From Proteromonas lacertae (Eukaryota), in assembly GCA_002245135.1 (NCBI GenBank), contig NGBS01001216.1, positions 1-38,196 on the forward strand: 38,196 bases of DNA. Reading direction: 5' to 3'. The number at the start of each line of letters is the position of its first letter. Within the stretch, counting starts at the first letter, position 1. The position numbers and the translations under genes were made by a program. This document shows, piece after piece, positions 10,285-23,234 of this stretch. The notes beneath the pieces were generated by a model. The model was not told the origin of the DNA. It saw only the letters and a list, made by a program, of their open reading frames with translations, and did not search any database.

Positions 10285-13200
10285 CTATTTTATTAATTTT
10301 ACCTTCGTTAATTCTTTCTTTTCTTCTTCTGATATTCCTTCTAAGTTTATTCTCCCAATTGTTGAAAATGTTTCTAAAAATGATTTTAATTCTATTTTAT
10401 CTATATTTTCTTTGACTGTTATTGCTAATTCATCTAAATATTCAAACACATGTTTGTTTTCCTTCATTAATTTCAATTCTGTTATATCTAATTTGTTTCC
10501 TGATATATTTATCTTCTTTATTTTTTTATACTCTTTTAAACACTTAATTAATATTGTTATTCCTTTTTCACTTATTCCAGTATCTATTCAATAATAATAT
10601 TTACAAAATACTTGATATATTTAAAGATGTTGGATTAGGACTTACAAATTTATCTATATATTTACAGATTATCTCTATTCCTTCATCTCCAATATCATTA
10701 TTGTATATTGTTATACATTCTACATCTTCTGGTAAGGAATCTGTTAATTCTTTTAATCCTCTACAGCTGATATGATTATTGGATAAATCAATTTCTCTAT
10801 AACCAATCTGTTTAATCAATGAGATGTGAGAATCATTCAGATTCATATCTGTTTTATTAAAAATATAGATAATATACCTGAAAAATTATATCTTCTATTA
10901 TCAGAATATTTTATTCCCTTTTTAATACAATAATCCAAATAATATTCCAATTCTTCATTTGTCCATGATGGACATTTCATTTCTATAAATGGATATTCTT
11001 TATTTTCTAACGATTTTGAACAAATTGCTTTTAATACATTTATTTTGATATTACTTCCATTTAGATTCATTGTATCATATCTTTTAAATAAATCTATTTT
11101 ATTTGTTAATAATACTACACTTTCATCGTCTATTGACATACTACTCAAATTCATTTTATAAGGATGACAATCTATTAATATCTGTAAACTGTTTAACAAT
11201 AATTTAAAACCATTATTACAAATTGCGTTGTCTAATCAACAAAATGAAACATAATAAAAATATACTATGAATGTTTAAATGCACAATGTCATCAATCACT
11301 TTAACATAATTCATCAAATATTCTATTCCATATGCATCTATGTTATTATCACTTATATCAAGCTTGATCTTTTCATGAATATTCTTTAAACCATCTAATA
11401 AATATATTAATCCTATTGAAGATAATCCCATCTCTATTTAACATCATATAACATCACTATACTTGAACAATTAATGCTATTATAATTCTTTAATAAATGT
11501 ATATGTGGAGATAATATTTTCATTCCTTCATCTCCTATTTCATTTCCATTTAATCTAAGATAATAAAGATGTGGAAATGAAGATAAATTGTTAATCAGTA
11601 TTTCAACACTTTTATATGTTAGTTTATTATCTAAAAAATATAAAAATATCAAATTATACTACTTAAATTTATCTCTTTTACTTCTCCAAATTCATTTGAT
11701 CTTAAAGAAATGAAGGATTTGAAAATATCATCATCAATTTCTAAATTACTCAAATTCACTTTTGTTGATATGATTAATTCTGGTATATTTTTATCAATCA
11801 AAATTCTCCAATTAAAATCAAATTCTATCTTTGAAATTGGAAATTTAGAGAATAAAGCTTGTAATCCTTTTGAATGGATATCATCGTTACGCTGCATATA
11901 TATATTATTAATATTTGGATATTTATATAATTCTTCTGATAATAACAGCATTGATTCATCATTTAATCTCATTTCTCTAAGATTCAATTCGTTATCTTTG
12001 TTGATTAATAAATGTAAATATGGAAGTAACAATTTAAATCCTTTTAAGCCAATTGGATTACCTATTTTATAATAATAAATACTTAAAGTACTTTCAATAA
12101 ATATGTATTCCAGTTTCATCATTAATGGAATTGATTTAACAAATGTCTCAATAAAATGATTACTAAGGTTATTGTATAAAAAATAGATTATCTGTAGATT
12201 TGAAAATTGAGAAAAATAAGAACCAAATAATGACTGAAAATTAATTGGAATATAAAATCCATCAGAACCATCTAATGATAAAAACTATTAGATATATACC
12301 AAAGACAAGATTTGTTGGATCTATTAACTTCACCACACTAAAGAAATAATTCATCCCTTCTTCACATACACACATGCATTTTGAATTAATTGTCATCATT
12401 TTAACGAAAGTTGGAATTTTAATATTTAATATCTCTTTATCCAAATAACATTCCCTTCCTTCTTTACATTGATGATGAATTTGATACTTCAGTTTATCTT
12501 TTATTGATTTATCTTTTTTGTATATTTTTATCATCAATAATATTGATAATACTCTTTTATTAGGTTTATTATTGTATGATTTTATTAAATCATTTCTTAT
12601 TTTTTCCCATTTATTACTTTGAACATAATATTCTGACGGATACATTATTGGAAACATTATACTATCTTTGTCGTTGTTAAATAATAACTCTTTTCTTTCA
12701 TTTAATATCATCAAATTATTATTATTTTCTTCACTATATAATATCCATTTCACTTTTATTATTTCTTTTCTCAGCTCTTTTACACTCATTCTATCTTCAG
12801 TTTTCACTTTTAACATTCTTTCTATCATTTCTTTCATCACTTCATCATATTTCACATCAAAAAGGTATTTGGATATGAGAATATTGTTTATGGTCTTAAA
12901 CATATCATTATCTTCATTAAATGGTAATTTCTTACAAATCATTTCATATAATATACATCCAATTGACCAAATCACACTTTTATCATTACATTCATATCCA
13001 TTCAGTTCTTCTGGGCTTTTGAAATTCACATCATACAATCTCATATCTTCATCTTTTCTCAATACATTCAAGAATAAATCACATAACTTTATACTACTAT
13101 CATCTATTATTACATTGGAACTCTTTAAACTATCAACTACTAAATCATATTCATTCAATATCATTATAATATCACATATACTACATATCATATAACAAAT

Positions 13201-13571
13201 ATCACCACTTGTTAAGGATCCACTATGGATTATCTCTTCTAAATCTCTATCATAATAGTATCTCTCTAATATCATCATTTTACTACTTATTCGATGTACT
13301 TGTGATGGATAAGCGAAGCATGAACAACAATCTGACAAGAAACTGATTCTAGCACAAAATTTTAATATTTTCTTTTCTTTAATATCACCAGCGTTGAAGA
13401 TTTTTACAACATTTGTATTACTTTTTTGTTTTATTAACAATTCTTCCTCATTTTTACTCTTTTCTACTCTTTCTTTAACCTATTACATAACAATGCAGTC
13501 ACATATACTTCTACATTCAATTTATATTTCAAGATCTTTTCTATTTCACAATTTTGATAGAAATATGACAT
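10285..13571 (-). CDS. Pseudokinase (NEK-like fold) plus RI-like leucine-rich repeats, ~1016 aa, copy 1
   Basis: Eight GT-AG introns: 13480-13508, 12272-12299, 12062-12091, 11631-11659, 11434-11462, 11232-11265, 10849-10877, 10584-10611. Removing them leaves 3051 nt, a multiple of 3. Kinase motifs VDSLKSSN, LCDLF, SPE, IWSIGCILYEM; LRRs such as LRLNGNEIGDEG, LDISDNNIDAYG, IDLSNNHISCRG. Confidence 0.88.
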
Positions 13572-13621
13572 TTTTTAATAGATTCGTTTTGATTATTCTT
13601 GGGGAAATTTAGGTGCGAAAA

Positions 13622-14255
13622 ATGATGATATTTATTAAAACTAAATTCCAATTTAATCAACAACACAACAACCACTATAAAGACACCGATAGTTTCACCT
13701 ATTTATGATAAAAACAACAACAATAATAATAAACAGATAACAAATGAATTAATCAATAGTGCAACGCAGAAGGATCCTAAGACAGGTATAAAGAATATAC
13801 CATTCAAAGCACCACAAGCAATATCGATTAACAATATGAGTTATAATCCAATCACTCAGATGTGGGAAGGAAATGAAGATGATGAAGAAATATTAGAATT
13901 TGATGAAATTATCAATGAAACTACTGGTAGTAACAAAAATAAAAAGAAAAAAACAAAGAAAGAAAAGATTAATGATTTATCACCTTTTCACTTAACTCTA
14001 ACCGAAGAAATAATCATCAAGAGAAGAGCTCGACAACATCTAGTAGACTTAAAATACCCTAAACATGGAGTAGAAGCTAGATTGATAGCTAATACAGTGA
14101 AATCTAAAAGAATTTCTGAATCAACACCGACATGTCCTATTACTGTATCTAGACAGTATGATGCTCGTCCTGACTTGTTTATTATTAGAGATATGGCTGT
14201 ACAGAGAGTAGCTTTAGATAATAATAAAATGGAAGAGATGATGAGTAAAAAATGA
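13622..14255 (+). CDS. Protein with a Byr4/Bfa1-like MxYNP...WEGNE motif, copy 1; 5' end uncertain
   Basis: ORF 13836-14255 (MSYNPITQMWEGNE) is open upstream to ~13690. The frame from ATG 13622 is broken by 1 nt in units 1 and 2 but continuous in unit 3. Confidence 0.55.
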
Positions 14256-14442
14256 TTATTATTAGTAAAATCTATTTTATATAAACATATATATGTGTGA
14301 TAATTTAACAAAATGTTCTTTATTTCATTCATTTATGCATTAGGGATCAAATATAAAAAATAACATAAATTCAGAAAATAACACTAAAAAATGAGGGGAA
14401 AAACATATAAATATTTCTAATATCCCTTTTTAATACTTATTC

Positions 14443-15164
14443 TTAATACTTAGATGGCATTTGTTGTGTAATACAATGAATATTACCACCACACAATAAT
14501 ATTTCTCTACTTTTCACACTCATTATCTTACGATCAGGAAAGATTTCTTGAAATTGTTTTCGTACTACTTCATCAGTTGCTACATCAAAGGCAGGTAAAA
14601 CAATACCTTCATTAGCCATATAGAAGTTAATATAACTACCTGGTAATCTTCCATATTCTCTTGCTATCGTTCCATCTTCAGATATTACACCATTTGCTTC
14701 TTTATCTGTTCTTGTTAAAGTTGGATCTGGAATGGGGATTTTGTGAATTTTAATGGTTCTACCTTTAGCATCTGGGGTCATTGTTAATACTGCTTCCGCT
14801 TCACGTGAGATTCCATATTGTGGATCTGATGGGTTATTCGTCCAAACTAATGCAACTTCGGCTGGTCTAACAAAACAGCATATGTTGTCTACATGACCAT
14901 TTGTATCAACATCTCCATATAGACCGTGTGCTAACCAGATTACTTTCGTTGCACCTGTGTATTCTTTGAGATATTGCTCGATTTGTTGTTTGTTCAGATC
15001 TGGATTACGATTTGGGTTTAATAAACATTCTGCTGTTGTAATTAGTGTTCCTTCACCATCTACATGGATAGATCCTCATTCTAGAATAAATGGAGCATCA
15101 TAACGCTTGCAGCCTACTATATCACATATATGTGGTGCTACTGTTTCATCTTTTGAATAAGTAA
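14443..15164 (-). pseudogene. aguA: Agmatine deiminase (PAD_porph family), 5'-truncated with in-frame TGA, copy 1
   Basis: [75 protein letters not shown] at 15078-15076; N-terminal third absent. Confidence 0.9.
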
Positions 15165-15358
15165 CTACAATTGTTATTGTGATTTTAATAATAGTTAATT
15201 TCTCAACATTTATCTCTTAAAAATAGAAATTTTAGAATTTGTATATTTATAACAATAAACATATGTTAAATGTAGTGATAGTTTTTTTAAGAATAAATGT
15301 ATATAAACAATATATAATCAAAGTAGTAATAATAGTTTATATTTAAAAAAATATTTAT

Positions 15359-16186
15359 TTATTTATCCTCATATTTTTCTACAATAATGGATAAAATTGT
15401 TGGTATAATTACCTTTAACTTGTCAATATTCGGGAATCCTTGAAAATGTAGTATATAAGAAAATGATGGATATATCTCTATGGGTAAAATGGATCTATAT
15501 ATTTTTTTAATCAAATCGTATGTGGTGTCATCCTCAACAAGCGTTTTGTCGATATAAATTCTTTCGATTCCATTATATTTCATACTTGCAATTCCATAAC
15601 AGCTGGTAGTTGAAAATGAATGGAAATTTTGATGATTAATGTTCTGTTCAATCCCATTGATGAATAACTTGCAGTGTATGTGATTATTTTTCACATACTC
15701 TCTCATAATTATTTCAATCAATAATTGTTCCTCTAATAGATCTAACGGTTGATCTAAATCAATATTGAGTTTAAGTTCAAACCTACCAGGGGTTGAACTG
15801 AAGTTGAGTACATCATCACTGATCTGATGATCAGAAGATATCTTCTACAAAGAATATATAAATTATACCTTCTCATATGAAGCACCATTTTTGTTTACTA
15901 TAATTTTACCTTTTTTTAATGGAATTTTATCGTACACACTTGTTGATATACCTATTACTACTCCTATTGATTAAAATTATACATATTTTTATACTATCAT
16001 CTTTAACACTTATTTCTCCATCATTCCAATTCATGTATACTCTAATATTTCTAGCTCCACTTTTTATACTATCTATTAACACTAATGTGAAGGATATATA
16101 ACAAATCTACGTTCTTCTACAATTTTATTATATGAAGTAATTGTTGTGCTTGTTCTTACATTGACTGATGAGTTAGTATCATTCAT
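15359..16186 (-). CDS. Hypothetical multi-exon protein, copy 1
   Basis: ATG 16186 (MNDTNSSVNV..); short GT-AG introns lead to the last exon containing ORF 15359-15721. No family recognised. Confidence 0.5.
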
Positions 16187-16760
16187 TTTACTTTATAACA
16201 GGAGAAGAAATTGAAAGACAAAAAAGCTTGTTCAGCTTGATCACTAATTTTAAAATAAGCTTGACTTATTGTTTGAATTTCTTCATTATTTGTGCAATTC
16301 AATTAAAGAATCTGATCTGATCCACTTGACACTCCATAAAATATTTTCAATTGTAATCCTTTTGGTCTTATTTTAGAATAATTCATACAATCTTTACCAA
16401 AGTAAGCATCTAACATTCTGATTGCTGTTTTACTTACCCTTCCCTACTATTTACTATTACGCATTTTTTTCTTTTGTATTGTCTAGTCCTACTATTTATA
16501 TTTTATTTTGGCTTTTTGTATCAAATCCTACACCAATTCAAAACATTGAAACATCCATTAAGAAATCAAATAGCTGGTGAATTTTTATTGAAATTCTCCT
16601 CTTGTTTGCTTGATACAAATGCACAGTTATTTATTACTGCTGCTAATTTCTTCTCATGTCATACTGATGTTCCTGGTGGAAGTATTTCATATTATAAACT
16701 AGATCGTACATTTTATCAAAAGATCAATTCAAAAATTACAAATATATTAACAACAATAAT

Positions 16761-19700
16761 CTATTTTATTAATTTTACCTTCGGCAATTCTTTCTTTTCT
16801 TCTTCTGATATTCCTTCTAAGTTTATTCTCCCAATTGTTGAAAATGTTTCTAAAAATGATTTTAATTCTATTTTATCTATATTTTCTTTGACTGTTATTG
16901 CTAATTCATCTAAATATTCAAACACATGTTTGTTTTCCTTCATTAATTTCAATTCTGTTATATCTAATTTGTTTCCTGATATATTTATCTTCTTTATTTT
17001 TTTATACTCTTTTAAACACTTAATTAATATTGTTATTCCTTTTTCACTTATTCCAGTATCTATTCAATAATAATATTTACAAAATACTTGATATATTTAA
17101 AGATGTTGGATTAGGACTTACAAATTTATCTATATATTTACAGATTATCTCTATTCCTTCATCTCCAATATCATTATTGTATATTGTTATACATTCTACA
17201 TCTTCTGGTAAGGAATCTGTTAATTCTTTTAATCCTCTACAGCTGATATGATTATTGGATAAATCAATTTCTCTATAACCAATCTGTTTAATCAATGAGA
17301 TGTGAGAATCATTCAGATTCATATCTGTTTTATTAAAAATATAGATAATATACCTGAAAAATTATATCTTCTATTATCAGAATATTTTATTCCCTTTTTA
17401 ATACAATAATCCAAATAATATTCCAATTCTTCATTTGTCCATGATGGACATTTCATTTCTATAAATGGATATTCTTTATTTTCTAACGATTTTGAACAAA
17501 TTGCTTTTAATACATTTATTTTGATATTACTTCCATTTAGATTCATTGTATCATATCTTTTAAATAAATCTATTTTATTTGTTAATAATACTACACTTTC
17601 ATCGTCTATTGACATACTACTCAAATTCATTTTATAAGGATGACAATCTATTAATATCTGTAAACTGTTTAACAATAATTTAAAACCATTATTACAAATT
17701 GCGTTGTCTAATCAACAAAAATGAAACATAATAAAAATATACTATGAATGTTTAAATGCACAATGTCATCAATCACTTTAACATAATTCATCAAATATTC
17801 TATTCCATATGCATCTATGTTATTATCACTTATATCAAGCTTGATCTTTTCATGAATATTCTTTAAACCATCTAATAAATATATTAATCCTATTGAAGAT
17901 AATCCCATCTCTATTTAACATCATATAACATCACTATACTTGAACAATTAATGCTATTATAATTCTTTAATAAATGTATATGTGGAGATAATATTTTCAT
18001 TCCTTCATCTCCTATTTCATTTCCATTTAATCTAAGATAATAAAGATGTGGAAATGAAGATAAATTGTTAATCAGTATTTCAACACTTTTATATGTTAGT
18101 TTATTATCTAAAAAATATAAAAATATCAAATTATACTACTTAAATTTATCTCTTTTACTTCTCCAAATTCATTTGATCTTAAAGAAATGAAGGATTTGAA
18201 AATATCATCATCAATTTCTAAATTACTCAAATTCACTTTTGTTGATATGATTAATTCTGGTATATTTTTATCAATCAAAATTCTCCAATTAAAATCAAAT
18301 TCTATCTTTGAAATTGGAAATTTAGAGAATAAAGCTTGTAATCCTTTTGAATGGATATCATCGTTACGCTGCATATATATATTATTAATATTTGGATATT
18401 TATATAATTCTTCTGATAATAACAGCATTGATTCATCATTTAATCTCATTTCTCTAAGATTCAATTCGTTATCTTTGTTGATTAATAAATGTAAATATGG
18501 AAGTAACAATTTAAATCCTTTTAAGCCAATTGGATTACCTATTTTATAATAATAAATACTTAAAGTACTTTCAATAAATATGTATTCCAGTTTCATCATT
18601 AATGGAATTGATTTAACAAATGTCTCAATAAAATGATTACTAAGGTTATTGTATAAAAAATAGATTATCTGTAGATTTGAAAATTGAGAAAAATAAGAAC
18701 CAAATAATGACTGAAAATTAATTGGAATATAAAATCCATCAGAACCATCTAATGATAAAAACTATTAGATATATACCAAAGACAAGATTTGTTGGATCTA
18801 TTAACTTCACCACACTAAAGAAATAATTCATCCCTTCTTCACATACACACATGCATTTTGAATTAATTGTCATCATTTTAACGAAAGTTGGAATTTTAAT
18901 ATTTAATATCTCTTTATCCAAATAACATTCCCTTCCTTCTTTACATTGATGATGAATTTGATACTTCAGTTTATCTTTTATTGATTTATCTTTTTTGTAT
19001 ATTTTTATCATCAATAATATTGATAATACTCTTTTATTAGGTTTATTATTGTATGATTTTATTAAATCATTTCTTATTTTTTCCCATTTATTACTTTGAA
19101 CATAATATTCTGACGGATACATTATTGGAAACATTATACTATCTTTGTCGTTGTTAAATAATAACTCTTTTCTTTCATTTAATATCATCAAATTATTATT
19201 ATTTTCTTCACTATATAATATCCATTTCACTTTTATTATTTCTTTTCTCAGCTCTTTTACACTCATTCTATCTTCAGTTTTCACTTTTAACATTCTTTCT
19301 ATCATTTCTTTCATCACTTCATCATATTTCACATCAAAAAGGTATTTGGATATGAGAATATTGTTTATGGTCTTAAACATATCATTATCTTCATTAAATG
19401 GTAATTTCTTACAAATCATTTCATATAATATACATCCAATTGACCAAATCACACTTTTATCATTACATTCATATCCATTCAGTTCTTCTGGGCTTTTGAA
19501 ATTCACATCATACAATCTCATATCTTCATCTTTTCTCAATACATTCAAGAATAAATCACATAACTTTATACTACTATCATCTATTATTACATTGGAACTC
19601 TTTAAACTATCAACTACTAAATCATATTCATTCAATATCATTATAATATCACATATACTACATATCATATAACAAATATCACCACTTGTTAAGGATCCAC

Positions 19701-20048
19701 TATGGATTATCTCTTCTAAATCTCTATCATAATAGTATCTCTCTAATATCATCATTTTACTACTTATTCGATGTACTTGTGATGGATAAGCGAAGCATGA
19801 ACAACAATCTGACAAGAAACTGATTCTAGCACAAAATTTTAATATTTTCTTTTCTTTAATATCACCAGCGTTGAAGATTTTTACAACATTTGTATTACTT
19901 TTTTGTTTTATTAACAATTCTTCCTCATTTTTACTCTTTTCTACTCTTTCTTTAACCTATTACATAACAATGCAGTCACATATACTTCTACATTCAATTT
20001 ATATTTCAAGATCTTTTCTATTTCACAATTTTGATAGAAATATGACAT
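16761..20048 (-). CDS. Pseudokinase-LRR, copy 2
   Basis: Identical exon ORFs to copy 1 except ELPKV versus ELTKV near the C-terminus and a 1-nt intronic difference. Confidence 0.88.
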
Positions 20049-20098
20049 TTTTTAATAGATTCGTTTTGATTATTCTTGGGGAAATTTAGGTGCGAAAA

Positions 20099-20732
20099 AT
20101 GATGATATTTATTAAAACTAAATTCCAATTTAATCAACAACACAACAACCACTATAAAGACACCGATAGTTTCACCTATTTATGATAAAAACAACAACAA
20201 TAATAATAAACAGATAACAAATGAATTAATCAATAGTGCAACGCAGAAGGATCCTAAGACAGGTATAAAGAATATACCATTCAAAGCACCACAAGCAATA
20301 TCGATTAACAATATGAGTTATAATCCAATCACTCAGATGTGGGAAGGAAATGAAGATGATGAAGAAATATTAGAATTTGATGAAATTATCAATGAAACTA
20401 CTGGTAGTAACAAAAATAAAAAGAAAAAAACAAAGAAAGAAAAGATTAATGATTTATCACCTTTTCACTTAACTCTAACCGAAGAAATAATCATCAAGAG
20501 AAGAGCTCGACAACATCTAGTAGACTTAAAATACCCTAAACATGGAGTAGAAGCTAGATTGATAGCTAATACAGTGAAATCTAAAAGAATTTCTGAATCA
20601 ACACCGACATGTCCTATTACTGTATCTAGACAGTATGATGCTCGTCCTGACTTGTTTATTATTAGAGATATGGCTGTACAGAGAGTAGCTTTAGATAATA
20701 ATAAAATGGAAGAGATGATGAGTAAAAAATGA
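20099..20732 (+). CDS. Byr4/Bfa1-motif protein, copy 2
   Basis: Identical to copy 1. Confidence 0.55.
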
Positions 20733-20919
20733 TTATTATTAGTAAAATCTATTTTATATAAACATATATATGTGTGATAATTTAACAAAATGTTCTTTAT
20801 TTCATTCATTTATGCATTAGGGATCAAATATAAAAAATAACATAAATTCAGAAAATAACACTAAAAAATGAGGGGAAAAACATATAAATATTTCTAATAT
20901 CCCTTTTTAATACTTATTC

Positions 20920-21641
20920 TTAATACTTAGATGGCATTTGTTGTGTAATACAATGAATATTACCACCACACAATAATATTTCTCTACTTTTCACACTCAT
21001 TATCTTACGATCAGGAAAGATTTCTTGAAATTGTTTTCGTACTACTTCATCAGTTGCTACATCAAAGGCAGGTAAAACAATACCTTCATTAGCCATATAG
21101 AAGTTAATATAACTACCTGGTAATCTTCCATATTCTCTTGCTATCGTTCCATCTTCAGATATTACACCATTTGCTTCTTTATCTGTTCTTGTTAAAGTTG
21201 GATCTGGAATGGGGATTTTGTGAATTTTAATGGTTCTACCTTTAGCATCTGGGGTCATTGTTAATACTGCTTCCGCTTCACGTGAGATTCCATATTGTGG
21301 ATCTGATGGGTTATTCGTCCAAACTAATGCAACTTCGGCTGGTCTAACAAAACAGCATATGTTGTCTACATGACCATTTGTATCAACATCTCCATATAGA
21401 CCGTGTGCTAACCAGATTACTTTCGTTGCACCTGTGTATTCTTTGAGATATTGCTCGATTTGTTGTTTGTTCAGATCTGGATTACGATTTGGGTTTAATA
21501 AACATTCTGCTGTTGTAATTAGTGTTCCTTCACCATCTACATGGATAGATCCTCATTCTAGAATAAATGGAGCATCATAACGCTTGCAGCCTACTATATC
21601 ACATATATGTGGTGCTACTGTTTCATCTTTTGAATAAGTAA
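20920..21641 (-). pseudogene. aguA: Agmatine deiminase fragment, copy 2
   Basis: Identical to copy 1; TGA at 21555-21553. Confidence 0.9.
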
Positions 21642-21835
21642 CTACAATTGTTATTGTGATTTTAATAATAGTTAATTTCTCAACATTTATCTCTTAAAAA
21701 TAGAAATTTTAGAATTTGTATATTTATAACAATAAACATATGTTAAATGTAGTGATAGTTTTTTTAAGAATAAATGTATATAAACAATATATAATCAAAG
21801 TAGTAATAATAGTTTATATTTAAAAAAATATTTAT

Positions 21836-22662
21836 TTATTTATCCTCATATTTTTCTACAATAATGGATAAAATTGTTGGTATAATTACCTTTAACTTGT
21901 CAATATTCGGGAATCCTTGAAAATGTAGTATATAAGAAAATGATGGATATATCTCTATGGGTAAAATGGATCTATATATTTTTTTAATCAAATCGTATGT
22001 GGTGTCATCCTCAACAAGCGTTTTGTCGATATAAATTCTTTCGATTCCATTATATTTCATACTTGCAATTCCATAACAGCTGGTAGTTGAAAATGAATGG
22101 AAATTTTGATGATTAATGTTCTGTTCAATCCCATTGATGAATAACTTGCAGTGTATGTGATTATTTTTCACATACTCTCTCATAATTATTTCAATCAATA
22201 ATTGTTCCTCTAATAGATCTAACGGTTGATCTAAATCAATATTGAGTTTAAGTTCAAACCTACCAGGGTTGAACTGAAGTTGAGTACATCATCACTGATC
22301 TGATGATCAGAAGATATCTTCTACAAAGAATATATAAATTATACCTTCTCATATGAAGCACCATTTTTGTTTACTATAATTTTACCTTTTTTTAATGGAA
22401 TTTTATCGTACACACTTGTTGATATACCTATTACTACTCCTATTGATTAAAATTATACATATTTTTATACTATCATCTTTAACACTTATTTCTCCATCAT
22501 TCCAATTCATGTATACTCTAATATTTCTAGCTCCACTTTTTATACTATCTATTAACACTAATGTGAAGGATATATAACAAATCTACGTTCTTCTACAATT
22601 TTATTATATGAAGTAATTGTTGTGCTTGTTCTTACATTGACTGATGAGTTAGTATCATTCAT
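21836..22662 (-). CDS. Hypothetical multi-exon protein, copy 2
   Basis: As copy 1, with a 1-nt homopolymer difference at ~22266. Confidence 0.5.
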
Positions 22663-23234
22663 TTTACTTTATAACAGGAGAAGAAATTGAAAGACAAAAA
22701 AGCTTGTTCAGCTTGATCACTAATTTTAAAATAAGCTTGACTTATTGTTTGAATTTCTTCATTATTTGTGCAATTCAATTAAAGAATCTGATCTGATCCA
22801 CTTGACACTCCATAAAATATTTTCAATTGTAATCCTTTTGGTCTTATTTTAGAATAATTCATACAATCTTTACCAAAGTAAGCATCTAACATTCTGATTG
22901 CTGTTTTACTTACCCTTCCCTACTATTTACTATTACGCATTTTTTTTTTGTATTGTCTAGTCCTACTATTTATATTTTATTTTGGCTTTTTGTATCAAAT
23001 CCTACACCAATTCAAAACATTGAAACATCCATTAAGAAATCAAATAGCTGGTGAATTTTTATTGAAATTCTCTCTCTTGTTTGCTTGATACAAATGCACA
23101 GTTATTTATTACTGCTGCTAATTCTTCTCATGTCATACTGATGTTCCTGGTGGAAGTATTTCATATTATAAACTAGATCGTACATTTTATCAAAAGATCA
23201 ATTCAAAAATTACAAATATATTAACAACAATAAT

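Larger units (their letters stand above)
9906..16290 (+). repeat. Tandem unit 1 (6385 bp; first ~400 bp diverged from units 2 and 3)
   Basis: Begins tgtgcaattcaattaaa; identical ORFs recur at a +6476/6477 offset. Confidence 0.97.
16291..22766 (+). repeat. Tandem unit 2 (6476 bp)
   Basis: ORFs 18739, 20313, 20920 and 21836 are identical to 12262, 13836, 14443 and 15359. Confidence 0.97.

Noticed and set aside
10028..13612. Plus-strand ORFs (10028, 10554, 11710, 12668, 13394 and their copies) and 2921/3404
   Set aside because: They are antisense shadows of real minus-strand genes, with I/L/S/F-rich composition and no motifs.
15076..15078. Genome-wide UGA=Gly recoding
   Set aside because: It is a single instance in an already truncated gene. 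Conserved glycines in CLC, Myb and AguA use GGN, and TGA ends the ORF at 14255.
16040..16075. Kinesin-14-like NIRVY motif in the hypothetical gene
   Set aside because: No P-loop or switch motifs follow, and the gene is too short.
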